Positions 10,657-21,383 of a stretch of DNA of 64,000 bases are shown here, in pieces. The first letter of the stretch is position 1; each line of letters begins with the position of its first letter. Source of the DNA: Salinispira sp. (GTDB lineage Bacteria > Spirochaetota > Spirochaetia > DSM-27196 > Salinispiraceae); the NCBI GenBank assembly GCA_965602015.1, contig OZ271918.1, positions 3,552,001 through 3,616,000 of the forward strand. Reading direction: 5' to 3'. Under the pieces are notes generated by a model. The model saw only the letters and a list, made by a program, of their open reading frames with translations. It made no database searches and was not told the DNA's origin. A program made the position numbers and the translations under genes.

Positions 10657-10744
10657 TGATCCTTCCCTAATACTACACCTATATAATATAACACTTTTGA
10701 AGTATTAGAAAGCGTTATCATCAACTAATAAAAAACTACGGAAT

Positions 10745-12095
10745 GATGGTGTCCAAATTAGTTCGCAATTTCATGTAGGAGCCAGCTTCCTCCAGCGGGT
10801 TAAGCGGCTATTTTCGGGATGAGATCTCGTTGCTCATCCAGTATTTCCTTTTTAATATAGGCCTTGCCGGCTGTCCAGTCTTCCGTGTATTCAATCAGGA
10901 AACAGGTCACCAATCTCAGGTAAGAATCCTGAGATGGGAAAATCCCGACGACTTTCGACCGCCGACGGATCTCCCGGTTCAGTCTTTCCAGCATGTTTGT
11001 CGAAGCGACCTTCCGATGATCGAGCTTTGGAAATTCATAGAACTGGAGTGAGTCTTCAAGTCCGTTATCCAGGATTTCCACCGCCTCAGGGAATTGCGAT
11101 TCCAGATCATCCATCACCTGTTTGGCATATTCCCGTGCGGTACCGGCATCCGGTTGAAGCCAGATATGTTTGATACGGGCGGCAACATGCTCTTTGTGTT
11201 TGGCTCTCACTTTTGCCAACACGTTCCGCATGAAATGTACTTTGCAGCGTTGCCAGCTGGAACCAAGGAATTCTTTCTGGATAGCATTCTTCAATCCCAG
11301 ATGCGCATCTGAGACCACAAGCCACACGGACCGAAGGCCACGCTCCTTCAACCTCTGGATCAGGAACCGGTAATTGTCTTCATTTTCAGCATCCATGGGC
11401 TCTATGGCCAGGATTTCCCGTTCTCCAGCCCTGTTGAGGCCGCACACGACCATAACCGCATGATTGTAGACTCTCCCGTCATCCCGGATCTTTTCATACA
11501 GGGCGTCTATCCAGATTACTGGGTACTCCGCTTCAAGGGGGCGATTGCGAAATGTATCAACCTGTTCATCAAGACCTTTGTTGATTTCTGAAACCTGGCT
11601 TGCGGAAATATTCTCGATTCCCAGCTGTTTTGCCAGACGATCAATCTTCCGGGTTGAAACGCCGTTAATGAATGCTTCCTGGACAACCTGAAGAAGCGCC
11701 TGCTCAGACCGGCGCTTCTCGGTGACAAAGAAGGGGATATACCCTCCCTTTCGGAGCTTTGGAACCACCAGATACATGGTACCTAATCGGGTATCAAAAC
11801 GGCGAACCCGTGTTCCGGAAAAGTGAGTAGCCCGGTTGTGGGAGTGCTGACCTTTGGGGGCACCGACCTTGGATTCGACTTCGATTTTCATAAGCTGCTC
11901 TGTTGTCCATTTGAGCATCTCAAACAAGGGATCGGATTCACCGGTGAATTGGGATAGCAGATTCTTGAAATCTGCGGTAGAGTTTTTTGGGGCCATGATT
12001 ACTTACTCCTTCTGGTTGTGTATCGCTACTTAACCTTCGGAGAGAATTGTGGCTCCTTTTACTTTTCTAAATTGCGAACATTATTGGACGTGATC
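10745..12095 (-). mobile_element. Complete IS256-family insertion sequence (1351 bp)
   Basis: Imperfect 27-bp terminal inverted repeats (GATGGTGTCCAAATTAGTTCGCAATTT / GATCACGTCCAATAATGTTCGCAATTT); 8-bp TSD TACGGAAT at 10737-10744 and 12096-12103. Confidence 0.95.
10800..11996 (-). CDS. IS256 family transposase
   Basis: GVSTRK, WIDA, SDAHLG, WQRCKVHFMRN, STNMLERLNREIRRR. Confidence 0.97.
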   Translation of the reverse strand: MAPKNSTADFKNLLSQFTGESDPLFEMLKWTTEQLMKIEVESKVGAPKGQHSHNRATHFSGTRVRRFDTRLGTMYLVVPKLRKGGYIPFFVTEKRRSEQALLQVVQEAFINGVSTRKIDRLAKQLGIENISASQVSEINKGLDEQVDTFRNRPLEAEYPVIWIDALYEKIRDDGRVYNHAVMVVCGLNRAGEREILAIEPMDAENEDNYRFLIQRLKERGLRSVWLVVSDAHLGLKNAIQKEFLGSSWQRCKVHFMRNVLAKVRAKHKEHVAARIKHIWLQPDAGTAREYAKQVMDDLESQFPEAVEILDNGLEDSLQFYEFPKLDHRKVASTNMLERLNREIRRRSKVVGIFPSQDSYLRLVTCFLIEYTEDWTAGKAYIKKEILDEQRDLIPKIAA

Positions 12096-12141
12096 TACGG
12101 AATAGCAGAAGCGAGTCGGCTGTGATACATTCCTCATTGCT

Positions 12142-13437
12142 ATGTCCGATAAAAAACATCACGGGAAATTTGGTGTTCGAAACGCCTTGATGATTGGTTC
12201 GTTAAGCCTCATGGTATTCGTGCTGTTTAACCTGGAAGATCTGCGCCACCGCTGGATGATTTCCCGTACCCGTCCGGTCACAGAGCTGTCAGCCAGCATC
12301 CCCTTCGAAATGCTCCGGGGTCTGATTCTTTTGGATGCCTCGGTTGAGGGCTCGAATTTCCGGATGATTGTGGATAGCGGGGCGTTTGAGACCCGTATCA
12401 GCGCAGACTCAGCTGCGAGGGCAGACATCGCCGCAGTAATTTCAGATGATGTGGGCGATACCTACGGAAGGTCTGCCGAAATGGGTATTGCCACCCTCGA
12501 ATCCTTCGCGATCGGGGATGCCCGCTGGACCAAGGCGACCGCCGGCCTACTTCAATGGGGGGACGATGCTCTGACCCCCTGCGTCGCCCCCGACGGCATC
12601 ATCGGCGGCACCCTGATGCGTCACGCATCCTGGGTCATCGATTACCGTTCAAATTTTATTCATATAGGAGATGCCGACAGAATGCCCGACGCGGCCTTCA
12701 CTGCATCAGATATCTCAGTATGGAGCAGCATTCCCATGAAGCTGGAAGCCCCGTCCCTGTCGCCGACGATTAGCGCACAGATCAACGGAAGGGAAGTCAA
12801 CGGCCTCCTTCTGGATACCGGCTCAAACGGCGCCCTTACCCTGCCGAGGGACCTTCTCGAAGCGCTCGTCGAACCGGGAACGCCGCTTTTGCATGTCAGC
12901 GACGAATCGACCGCCGGAATATTCGGAACCGCCAGCGTCTCAGCTGTAAAAGCGCCGGTGCAGTTCGCCATAGGGGATGGCGCAGTCCGGACCGTGTGGG
13001 CGAGCTTTACCGACGACAGCGCGGCAAAAATCGGAAATCAGCTTCTGCAAACCTACGGGGTTGGAATTGTGCCCGGTGAAAAGCGGCTGTATCTGCGCGA
13101 TGACTGGTCTCCAGACTTTCTTCTCCCAGGCGCCGGAACACCGGAAGGCGTTATTGACGCGCCGCTGCGCCACGGTTTTATTCCCGGCATAAAGGACGGC
13201 CAGTGGGAGGTGGTTTACCGTGAACGGATGGTCGATGCCCTCGGCGGGTTTGCAGACCAAAACGGCGAGGCAGACCCTCTGGCAGTGGGAACCAAAATCA
13301 TCACCATCAACGGCAACCTCCCGGCTGACCTGTTTGAAAACCGCTGCCAGTGGTTTCTGGGAATCCGAGAAGTAATCGATGCAGATACCCTTTTCCTCGA
13401 GATGCCAGACGGCTCAGTGGTGATTCTTGGGGAGTGA
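12142..13437 (+). CDS. Membrane-anchored aspartyl protease (two retropepsin-like domains, possible C-terminal PDZ-like region)
   Basis: IVDSGA and LLDTGS catalytic motifs, GIIG/KIGN. Confidence 0.8.
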   Translation: MSDKKHHGKFGVRNALMIGSLSLMVFVLFNLEDLRHRWMISRTRPVTELSASIPFEMLRGLILLDASVEGSNFRMIVDSGAFETRISADSAARADIAAVISDDVGDTYGRSAEMGIATLESFAIGDARWTKATAGLLQWGDDALTPCVAPDGIIGGTLMRHASWVIDYRSNFIHIGDADRMPDAAFTASDISVWSSIPMKLEAPSLSPTISAQINGREVNGLLLDTGSNGALTLPRDLLEALVEPGTPLLHVSDESTAGIFGTASVSAVKAPVQFAIGDGAVRTVWASFTDDSAAKIGNQLLQTYGVGIVPGEKRLYLRDDWSPDFLLPGAGTPEGVIDAPLRHGFIPGIKDGQWEVVYRERMVDALGGFADQNGEADPLAVGTKIITINGNLPADLFENRCQWFLGIREVIDADTLFLEMPDGSVVILGE

Positions 13438-13544
13438 TGTATCGTGGGTGTATAACTGAATCTCCATAAAATTTAAATAAAACATAAAAAAAATATTGTA
13501 AAACATAAATAATCGAACTATCCTTGCCCTAATAGGAGAGTTCT

Positions 13545-14177
13545 ATGTCAGCTCGTATACTTTATTGGATATTCAAGGCCTGTTTGCTATTGGCGTGCCT
13601 GGCTACTCTCGCGGCAATCAGTTTTGTAATAATCGCACCATTCATCGATCAAACACTTATCACTGGTTTTGCATTGGCCAATGAAAAGAATGAAATTGGC
13701 TCATTCGCCAGCTTGGAGTTCGATGTAGAAGTGGATTTTTCGATCAAGGAAGCTAGCATGACTATCGCCATTCCTGGATTTCTTGCGAGTCTTCTGCGAG
13801 TCATCGATGTACTGGTTACCGGTGGAATCTGGATTATATTTTTCTTTCTTATGCAGCAGTTCTTTGAAGCAATGACCGGAGATCGCCCGTTCTCTCGTCA
13901 AAGCACCAACGGGCTCATCCTGGGCGGAGCATTATTAATAGGATTTCCTTTTTGGCAGCTACTCCGCTCTATTGTATGGCAGGCACTGCTTTTTAACATG
14001 ATTGGAGCGAATCAGCCTGTGCTACCTATGTTCGTACCTTACCGCCCCGGTTATCAGTGGCGAATTGTGCCGGAAGTTGATCCGCTGATTGCAATTTCGG
14101 GTCTGGTCCTTCTGGTAATGGCAAAAGCTTTTTTGCTCGGTTCCGAGCTTCAGCAAGACAGTGATGAGATAGTGTAG
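13545..14177 (+). CDS. DUF2975 family membrane protein
   Basis: TM helices, PFS motif, C-terminal G.ELQQDSDEIV; typical pairing with downstream HTH. Confidence 0.8.
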   Translation: MSARILYWIFKACLLLACLATLAAISFVIIAPFIDQTLITGFALANEKNEIGSFASLEFDVEVDFSIKEASMTIAIPGFLASLLRVIDVLVTGGIWIIFFFLMQQFFEAMTGDRPFSRQSTNGLILGGALLIGFPFWQLLRSIVWQALLFNMIGANQPVLPMFVPYRPGYQWRIVPEVDPLIAISGLVLLVMAKAFLLGSELQQDSDEIV

Positions 14178-14395
14178 TGCCGATTATAGTTAGGCTCGAT
14201 GAGATAATGGCGAAAAGGAAAATGTCCCTCAATCAGCTTGCAGCTGAGATAGGAATCTCAATCACCAATCTTTCGCTCCTTAAAAACGGGCATGTCCGGG
14301 GAGTTCGATTCAATACTCTTAACGCGATTTGTCAAATTCTCGAATGTAAGCCCGGGGATATTCTCGATTATGAAGGTGAAGAGGAAGAAAAATGA
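14177..14395 (+). CDS. Cro/C1-type HTH regulator (YozG-like)
   Basis: LAAEIGISITNLSLLKNG...RFNTLNAIC...PGDIL. Confidence 0.9.
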   Translation: MPIIVRLDEIMAKRKMSLNQLAAEIGISITNLSLLKNGHVRGVRFNTLNAICQILECKPGDILDYEGEEEEK

Positions 14396-15750
14396 GGTTT
14401 ATTAAAATTATCGAAATTCTTATTGCATGTGGTGCTATGTTTTTCATAGGTTGCGTGACGGCGACGGGGGACGACATTTCACCGGATGTACAAGGTGCTA
14501 TTCGAGAAGCGGTGGATTCTGGAAATCGAACAGGTATCGTATTAGGACTATACGAAGACGGCAGTACCAGCATTTTCGGATACGGAAGCACAAGCGCCGG
14601 GAGAAATCAAGTTCCTGATGGGGACACAGTATTTGCATTGGGATCAGTCACCAAGGTGTTTACTGCTGAAGTCCTCTCTGCTTTGAGTGAGGGCAAAATC
14701 GTGTCGCCGGAAGCAACGCTTGGTGAAATATGGCCATCAGTTTTTGAAGGAAGTCAAATCACCCTCGGTCAACTCGCGACTCATACCGCCGGTCTACCCA
14801 GGGAAATTTCCAATGAAACATTGATCTCAAACAGTGAGGAATCCCTTTTCTCAGAGGGTACTTCAGCTATTGAGACTTCAGACGAAGACCACCACTCTAA
14901 AAGTCAGATTTCCTATTCAAATTTGGGGATGGCCCTGCTCGCTAGAGCTTTAGAAGAGGCAGGTAATGAAGAGCAACCTAATCTGCTAAACCGATACATT
15001 ACTACACCTCTTGGTATGAGCCGAACGAGCTACGCTGTGATTTCAGATCACAATGTGGCAAGCCCTCACCGAGGAGGAGTCCAGATCAATGATTCCAGGA
15101 ATCCTACGCCAAGCATCGCATTCGGTTCGGGTGGTTTGCATTCAAGCGCTCGTGATCTCTTGACCTATCTGATAGCTCATGTCGAAGCCGGTATGCGGCC
15201 GATAGACTCGGTTTTCGCGAGGACTCGGGAGGGTTTCCAGGGTATCCCTTATGGCTGGCAAGTGCATAACAAAGGGTCGGCAAGAATTTTTTACCACAGC
15301 GGTGATGGAAATGGGTATCAAGCATTTGTCGGATTTCGAACAGATACAAGACTTGCGGTAGTTTTACTTGCGAACTCCTCCGAAGAGGACGACTTGCAGC
15401 AGATTGCCCTCCACATGCTCGACAATACCGTGCCCCTTCCATCATTCCCGAACTCAAGGTCTGAACCGATTCCTGCACACCTTTTAGACTTATACTTGGG
15501 AAACTACAGACTCGAAACTGATGGAGCTGACGGAAATAGCATTGCTATCGTTAATCTGAATGACAGGCTTGCATATGTAGAATCAACTGCCGATGGTTCA
15601 ATAATACGGCAGCTGCCAATGAAGCTCATAGAGCCGCATGTGCTCCTTGTTGAAGGTCTTCCGCTATATCTGGTTTTTTCCGAATCCCCCGATGAAGGGA
15701 CCTATATGATATTCAACGGTGAAAAATACCCGTTGGTGCGAACTGAATAA
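14392..15750 (+). CDS. Serine hydrolase (class C beta-lactamase-like), probable lipoprotein
   Basis: SVTK (SxxK), YSN, HSG motifs; lipobox-like FIGC. Confidence 0.88.
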   Translation: MRFIKIIEILIACGAMFFIGCVTATGDDISPDVQGAIREAVDSGNRTGIVLGLYEDGSTSIFGYGSTSAGRNQVPDGDTVFALGSVTKVFTAEVLSALSEGKIVSPEATLGEIWPSVFEGSQITLGQLATHTAGLPREISNETLISNSEESLFSEGTSAIETSDEDHHSKSQISYSNLGMALLARALEEAGNEEQPNLLNRYITTPLGMSRTSYAVISDHNVASPHRGGVQINDSRNPTPSIAFGSGGLHSSARDLLTYLIAHVEAGMRPIDSVFARTREGFQGIPYGWQVHNKGSARIFYHSGDGNGYQAFVGFRTDTRLAVVLLANSSEEDDLQQIALHMLDNTVPLPSFPNSRSEPIPAHLLDLYLGNYRLETDGADGNSIAIVNLNDRLAYVESTADGSIIRQLPMKLIEPHVLLVEGLPLYLVFSESPDEGTYMIFNGEKYPLVRTE

Positions 15751-15773
15751 GACCGGCTCTCTCGCGATGAGAC

Positions 15774-16418
15774 CTATAAAATAAGCTCGTTGGTTTCCCC
15801 GATTGTGCCTCGGACATGAGGGTCAAAAGAGCAAACCGCCCATCGGTGGCGGGTTTCATCGTATTTTATGTGCATCAGCCCCGTATCACCAAAAACAAAA
15901 TAACAGCCCCCCTCGTGCACCGGATACCCGATTCCGAGCATGTTTCTGACAAGGGCATTGAGTAATCCCCCATGAGAAACAACGAGGATGCGCGAGGCTT
16001 CGCGCTCCATAATTTTGGACAATGCGTAGCCCGCACGTGAGTGAAGCGACACCTCATTTTCCCCGGAATTCTCTGGGGCGAAGCGAAAAGGCGACTGGAA
16101 ATCCGGAAGGGGGAAGCGGTTTGAACCGTCCTCTTTTGACTTTCCTGCCAGAAAACCGTTATCCCGTTCGATGAGCAAAGGTTCGCTGATGATCTCAGTC
16201 CTTTGGGATTCATTCACAATTTCTGCAGTTCTGCGGGCCCGCAACAAAGGAGATGAAATGATGCAATCAAAGCGAACAGCCTTCTGCTCAAAATAAGAAG
16301 AAACGCTGCGGGCCTGCTGCTCGCCGGTTCTCGTCAGGGGCGAATCGTATCTTCCCTCGAACCGGTTTTCATCATCCGCCAATGATCTGCCGTGGCGAAG
16401 CAGGTATAGGTCGTACAT
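15774..16418 (-). CDS. Histidine phosphatase (phosphoglycerate mutase family)
   Basis: LLRHG, SSPLLRA, VVSHGG. Confidence 0.9.
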   Translation of the reverse strand: MYDLYLLRHGRSLADDENRFEGRYDSPLTRTGEQQARSVSSYFEQKAVRFDCIISSPLLRARRTAEIVNESQRTEIISEPLLIERDNGFLAGKSKEDGSNRFPLPDFQSPFRFAPENSGENEVSLHSRAGYALSKIMEREASRILVVSHGGLLNALVRNMLGIGYPVHEGGCYFVFGDTGLMHIKYDETRHRWAVCSFDPHVRGTIGETNELIL

Positions 16419-16468
16419 TGCTACGCCTCCCTTGCATGTATTTTCTCTTGTGCTTGGGCCTACGCGCA

Positions 16469-17599
16469 CTAACTATATGCTTGGCTGAAGTGATCCCCGG
16501 TTTTATGTTTCTTTTTTCCTTTGCCAAGACGTGCAGTAATTTCCAGTTCTAACCATGCCTCCAGATAGCCGCTATAGGTCAAGACAGAATCATGTAGAGC
16601 AAAGCTGAATCCGTGGCAGCCTTTTTGACAAGGTTCGCCATATAACTTCTTGTCGCATCCGTAACCCCGGCGAATGACTCGCTGGATTTCAGGGGGGAAT
16701 TCGTGAATTTCTCCGGAATAGCACTCGGTGTTTTCCGCGTTAATAAGGATCCGGTGGCCTGTATTCCGGGATAATGAATAAGTCCATATCTCCTTTCCCG
16801 AGAGAGAGTATATGAATCTAATGTGCAGGTAGAAAACATTGATAGTACAGCTCAGGCCCAAATTTGCGCTTTGGCGATGTAAATTCAGCAGAAATGATTT
16901 CACAGCTGAGGGTAGCAGTGACCCGTACTCTTCGAGCTTTACCACCGGATCATGAGGTTCGTCCGATAAGGCTCTGAAATCGCAACGGAGAAAAATATCG
17001 TGATTAGCGGAAGAGTATTTTCTTCTTTGAGCGAAGGCTAAAGCCTTCATCCCGATAAAAAGATCGGGCTCGCGGGGGAACGACACAATCACCGGTGTGG
17101 CGGACGGTTCTTTACCATTAAGTTTCTCACCCGCACTATCGGTAAACATGAACCCGGTTGTCGTGAGCACGTCCAATGCCTTCCTGAGTTTTGTGGGAGA
17201 AATGGTACTTTTCATCCGGGAACCCTCGGCGCTGACAATATGCATCAGGCAGCCGAGACTTTCGATCATCACGTAATTGTGATCGGGAAGAACCTGTGAG
17301 AAAATCCCGATGTTAAAGAGAATGCTTTTTAGCGAGTTTAAAAATGGATAGGCGCTGGCGAAGCTGACATGTGAATCATTCTCTTCCTTTTTGCTCCCGT
17401 GGTCGACCTGCGCTGAGCGGTCCAATGATAGCCTATCGAAAATAGAAATAAGAATATGCCGGAAAGCTGATATGCCTTTGCGAACGCTCTTTTCATTCAC
17501 GCCATATATGAACTGATTTCCGATGGGAAAATCCTCCGGTATCGCCTGAGGAAGGATTGATTTCAGAAAAACTGCCATGTCGATCTGTGATTTTGTCAT
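16469..17599 (-). CDS. Hypothetical protein with C-terminal Cys motif (GYGC...PCQKGC)
   Basis: Long ORF in an apparent operon; no family recognised. Confidence 0.6.
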   Translation of the reverse strand: MTKSQIDMAVFLKSILPQAIPEDFPIGNQFIYGVNEKSVRKGISAFRHILISIFDRLSLDRSAQVDHGSKKEENDSHVSFASAYPFLNSLKSILFNIGIFSQVLPDHNYVMIESLGCLMHIVSAEGSRMKSTISPTKLRKALDVLTTTGFMFTDSAGEKLNGKEPSATPVIVSFPREPDLFIGMKALAFAQRRKYSSANHDIFLRCDFRALSDEPHDPVVKLEEYGSLLPSAVKSFLLNLHRQSANLGLSCTINVFYLHIRFIYSLSGKEIWTYSLSRNTGHRILINAENTECYSGEIHEFPPEIQRVIRRGYGCDKKLYGEPCQKGCHGFSFALHDSVLTYSGYLEAWLELEITARLGKGKKKHKTGDHFSQAYS

Positions 17600-17639
17600 C
17601 GGATGCTCCCAACCGGCTGCCACAGCGCGTATATTGCGC

Positions 17640-18257
17640 TCAAAGCGCCAGCCTTAGGGCGGGTCGTATTCCGCCGAAGTTCTTTCCGGTCTCAGGGTGT
17701 GTAAATTTACTTCGATAATTAAGCACACCATTTCCTTGGATCCCCAGGTGTCCGTCGCCATGAATGTAAGCCATACGCGTATTGTCCCTCCCCGGGGTTC
17801 GCAGCCACCACCACCAGCTTGAGCCTCTATACTGCGCTATCCTTTTGGGATTATTGGCGTCCTTTTTCTGGAACCAATAGCGTTGCTTCGGACTAGGATT
17901 CTTCAAATTAGCACTGCTATTTCCGAAGTATTTGCATACGGCTTCCTCTATACTCAGGAGAAATACGCTATCTCTGGTGTCCGGACCTGCATTGGTATCG
18001 TACCAGGGGTTGTCGGAATTTTGATTCTGTACCTGAATGATCCGGGCCAGGTCGCTTTTGGTGAATGATGAGAGAAACTCATCATTCAAAAACGTCCGCA
18101 TTGAGCTGTCCGACCAGAAAGTTTCGCGGTTTAGATCCGAAAACCCTCGTTGACCGATTATATCTGCTGTTATGATTAATGCCGACTTTTCAGTTTTTTC
18201 TAGAATAATCCAATCAATTCCTGCGAAGCGCAATGTCGAATTATCTCCGTTACACAT
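17640..18257 (-). CDS. DUF6273 domain protein
   Basis: W..SSMR.FLN, D.VFLLS, WWWLRTPG, GGIRPAL. Confidence 0.8.
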   Translation of the reverse strand: MCNGDNSTLRFAGIDWIILEKTEKSALIITADIIGQRGFSDLNRETFWSDSSMRTFLNDEFLSSFTKSDLARIIQVQNQNSDNPWYDTNAGPDTRDSVFLLSIEEAVCKYFGNSSANLKNPSPKQRYWFQKKDANNPKRIAQYRGSSWWWWLRTPGRDNTRMAYIHGDGHLGIQGNGVLNYRSKFTHPETGKNFGGIRPALRLAL

Positions 18258-19101
18258 TCCGAGCGAATCCCCGGTCTATCGCTGTGTGCTTGAAGCCTAT
18301 GCTCTCATACAGCGCCCGGGCGGCGGTATTTGCCTCATCGGTTTTTACATATGCCCGTGTCGCTCCCATGTCCGATGCCCGGTGAAGAGCGGTGAGAACT
18401 GCAATTTTCGCGAGCCCCCTGCGGCGGTGAGCACTGATGCAGCCAACCGGCTCGAGGAGCGCTTCCATCCCATCGATCCAGGCCAGGGCGCCGGCTACCA
18501 CCGTCCCGCTGCTGTCGGTAATCCGCACATGAAGGTCACGGGTATAGAAGGGAGCGCTCCGGAATTTATCGAAGGACTGTTTTTCATACTGATGGGAAGT
18601 TATCACCGGGGGATCAGAATCGTTCGCCAGGTAGCGGTAATTATCCGGCAGCCGAGGGATGCCCTCCAACTCATTCAGACTAAGCTCGTGGAAGAGGTAA
18701 TCTTCCGGAAGTCGTGTATACCCGGAGCGTTTCAGGGCCGCAAGCTTTTTCTCATCACGGTCCAAGCATCCGGTTTCAAGTACGGTAATTCCATTTTCCG
18801 CCGCCCGCTTGCTCGCCCACTCATCCATAAGGGCCAAGAGGGACTCATTTCCGGGGAGGAAGAAGTATTCCGGGTTGGCTTCGCAGATCAGGAAAAATAC
18901 CAATCCCTGTATTTTCCCATTCTCGTCGGTCCAGATACATATATCTCTTTCGATGTCTGTACGATTGCTCGGTAGAAATACACGGAAAATGAAATCGCCG
19001 ATGTGAAATGCCGCGCCCGGATGGACGGCCTCACGCACTGCTCTGAAAAAATCTGTTATAGCCGGCAGGTCTTTCTTTATGTTAATGGGGCGTCGCTGCA
19101 T
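18250..19101 (-). CDS. GNAT family N-acetyltransferase
   Basis: EPVGC..HRRRGLA, N.AARALYESIGF. Confidence 0.88.
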   Translation of the reverse strand: MQRRPINIKKDLPAITDFFRAVREAVHPGAAFHIGDFIFRVFLPSNRTDIERDICIWTDENGKIQGLVFFLICEANPEYFFLPGNESLLALMDEWASKRAAENGITVLETGCLDRDEKKLAALKRSGYTRLPEDYLFHELSLNELEGIPRLPDNYRYLANDSDPPVITSHQYEKQSFDKFRSAPFYTRDLHVRITDSSGTVVAGALAWIDGMEALLEPVGCISAHRRRGLAKIAVLTALHRASDMGATRAYVKTDEANTAARALYESIGFKHTAIDRGFARNV

Positions 19102-19146
19102 TGTGGTTCATCCTTCGAAGCGAGCATCGCCGGCTCTGGAAATTTC

Positions 19147-20994
19147 TCAGTCTTCAGTCCTGAAGTGATTCACCTCGCGGCTAATTTCTTCGCTGACCTC
19201 TCCAACCCTGTCGGACAACTGTTTTAATCCGGTTACCGCCTGGGCGACGTCGTTGAAGCCCACATTCACTTCACTAATGCCGTCTTTTACCATACCCGAT
19301 ACGTCCGAGACCTGGCTCATCAGCGACGTGACCGATTCCGCGCCGTGTCGCACAACATCTGATTTTTCCTGTACCTGATGTGATATTTCTCGCAGTTCAG
19401 TCATTGCCTCAAGAATTTGCTTGCCGCCGGTGTTCAGCTCGGTGGTGCTGTTCGAAATAGTGAGCAGGGTGTGAGATACCCCCTCTATGCTTCGGTGGAT
19501 TTGGGAGAAGGCTTCCCGGGTGCTCACCCCGGAGTCGGCGGCCCTTGCTATTCTGCCGGTGATTTCTTTGAGGTTCTTGGTTATATCCTTGGTGCTGTTG
19601 GAAGATGCTTCGGCAAGCTTTCGTATTTCATCGGCTACCACGGCGAAGCCCCTGCCCTGATCCCCTGCATGGGCGGCTTCGATAGCGGCGTTCATGGCCA
19701 GAAGGTTTGTCTGAGCTGAAATATTGCGGATGAGAGCGGCCATGCTGTTTATTTCGTTTACCGATGCGTTTATTTCCTCAATAATTTGCGTGGTCTCAGA
19801 AAGCCGGGAATCGCCGTTTACCGCCGTGTCGACCAGCTCCTGAATCGTCGCCCTGTTCTGATCGGTCAAACGGGCGACGTTCTCGATGGATGCGATCATC
19901 TGGGTTATTGAAGCGGTGGATTCTTCAACCATTACGGACTGGGATGAAATGTGATTGCTCAGTTCGCCGGTCGATCCGGAAATTTCGCCCACATCCCGGT
20001 CGGAATCGGAAATCTTTTCATCCAGGGTGATCATCTGGCTGCTGATCGAGGCGATATTAGCAGAGATCTGATTCGTTGCCGCCGACGTTTCCGTCGCCGT
20101 GGAAATCAGGTCTTCCTTGACATCAAGATTGACCCTCGATACCTCTTTCATCCTGGTCAATGAATCCTTCAAGTCTGATTGAAAGCTGTTCATTTCGTCA
20201 CTTAATGAACCGATTTCGTCCTTTGACGTGGCTTTGAAAACTTTGGTCAGGTCGCCGGATGCCATAACAGACAGGCTGTTGCCGATAACCCGGACTGATC
20301 TGGCTATTCTGCCGGAAATTATGGATGAGATTATAAAAGAAGCGATAATAATGAGCAGCACAATTCCGATGGCGACGAAGTAACCCATCCGCCGATATCC
20401 TTGAATGAACTGTTCGATAATTGAGTACTGCTCTTCGATTACCGTCTCCGTGCCTTCCAGAGCGCTCCTCAGCACTGCCATTACGGTGCGGGTTTCCTGC
20501 ACCGATTCGAGAAGCCGGGGATATCCATCCCGGGACCGGGCGCCCTCGCTGTTAATATCCTCAAATTTGAAAATTGGATCGTAGCCATACACGTCAATCG
20601 CGGTGTCCAAGAGACTGTTCACCGAGTTTATGAGCCTGTCTTCCGATGATACCTGGCGACCGGCGAGGACCTGAATCCGCTCAACCGCAGCGGCAATATC
20701 CGCATTGATGGTGGGCAGGAGGGATATTTCCCCAAGCTCGGACAGGGTCGCCTCTTTTTCGGCGATGCTGGTTTCAAACAGCGCGAGTTGCTCCCGAATC
20801 ACAATTTTGTCATAAAAGAATTTCGACAGTTCAATGTGCTCGTTCATGACCCTGTCTTTAAGTTCCAACAAGAGGGCCTTTTCGGTTTCTGCCTGCTGCA
20901 CCCGGAGCTGAAAGCCGAGAAAGACCGATACCGCCAAAACCATGGCGGCGATGAGCGATAGCACGAGAATAAACAGTTTGTTTTTAATTTTCAT
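19147..20994 (-). CDS. Methyl-accepting chemotaxis protein
   Basis: Two TMs, HAMP (DEIG), [33 protein letters not shown]. Confidence 0.97.
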   Translation of the reverse strand: MKIKNKLFILVLSLIAAMVLAVSVFLGFQLRVQQAETEKALLLELKDRVMNEHIELSKFFYDKIVIREQLALFETSIAEKEATLSELGEISLLPTINADIAAAVERIQVLAGRQVSSEDRLINSVNSLLDTAIDVYGYDPIFKFEDINSEGARSRDGYPRLLESVQETRTVMAVLRSALEGTETVIEEQYSIIEQFIQGYRRMGYFVAIGIVLLIIIASFIISSIISGRIARSVRVIGNSLSVMASGDLTKVFKATSKDEIGSLSDEMNSFQSDLKDSLTRMKEVSRVNLDVKEDLISTATETSAATNQISANIASISSQMITLDEKISDSDRDVGEISGSTGELSNHISSQSVMVEESTASITQMIASIENVARLTDQNRATIQELVDTAVNGDSRLSETTQIIEEINASVNEINSMAALIRNISAQTNLLAMNAAIEAAHAGDQGRGFAVVADEIRKLAEASSNSTKDITKNLKEITGRIARAADSGVSTREAFSQIHRSIEGVSHTLLTISNSTTELNTGGKQILEAMTELREISHQVQEKSDVVRHGAESVTSLMSQVSDVSGMVKDGISEVNVGFNDVAQAVTGLKQLSDRVGEVSEEISREVNHFRTED

Positions 20995-21148
20995 TGCGAA
21001 TCCCCAAATTTACAGACGCTGTGATTTTCTCGCAGATTTTTGGTTTTGTCGATAGAATTTCCCTGTCCGAGGTGATCGTTTGGCTGAATCCCGGGCTGCT
21101 GATTGTTTGCCCATGGCGGTGCCCCGAAAACAGCTGATTTTGTAGCGC

Positions 21149-21382
21149 CTATTTCACTTTTCTCTCGAAGCCCCTTTTGTAATTGGCCCAGGCGCTGGGC
21201 ACCTTGTCTTCGTGAAAAATCGCGCTTACCGGACAAACGGTTTCGCAAATTCCACAGTCGACGCATATCGAGGGATCGATGACCAAATGATCCTCCTCTT
21301 CGAAAATTGCATCAACCGGACAGCGCATCCGGCATTCCGTATCCTTGGTGCCCACGCAGGGTTCGCAAATCACATATGACAT
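21149..21382 (-). CDS. 7Fe-type (3Fe-4S/4Fe-4S) ferredoxin, FdxA-like
   Basis: CVGTKDTECRMRCPVD and CVDCGICETVCP; start ATG 21382 after GGAGG. Confidence 0.9.
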   Translation of the reverse strand: MSYVICEPCVGTKDTECRMRCPVDAIFEEEDHLVIDPSICVDCGICETVCPVSAIFHEDKVPSAWANYKRGFERKVK

Positions 21383-21383
21383 C

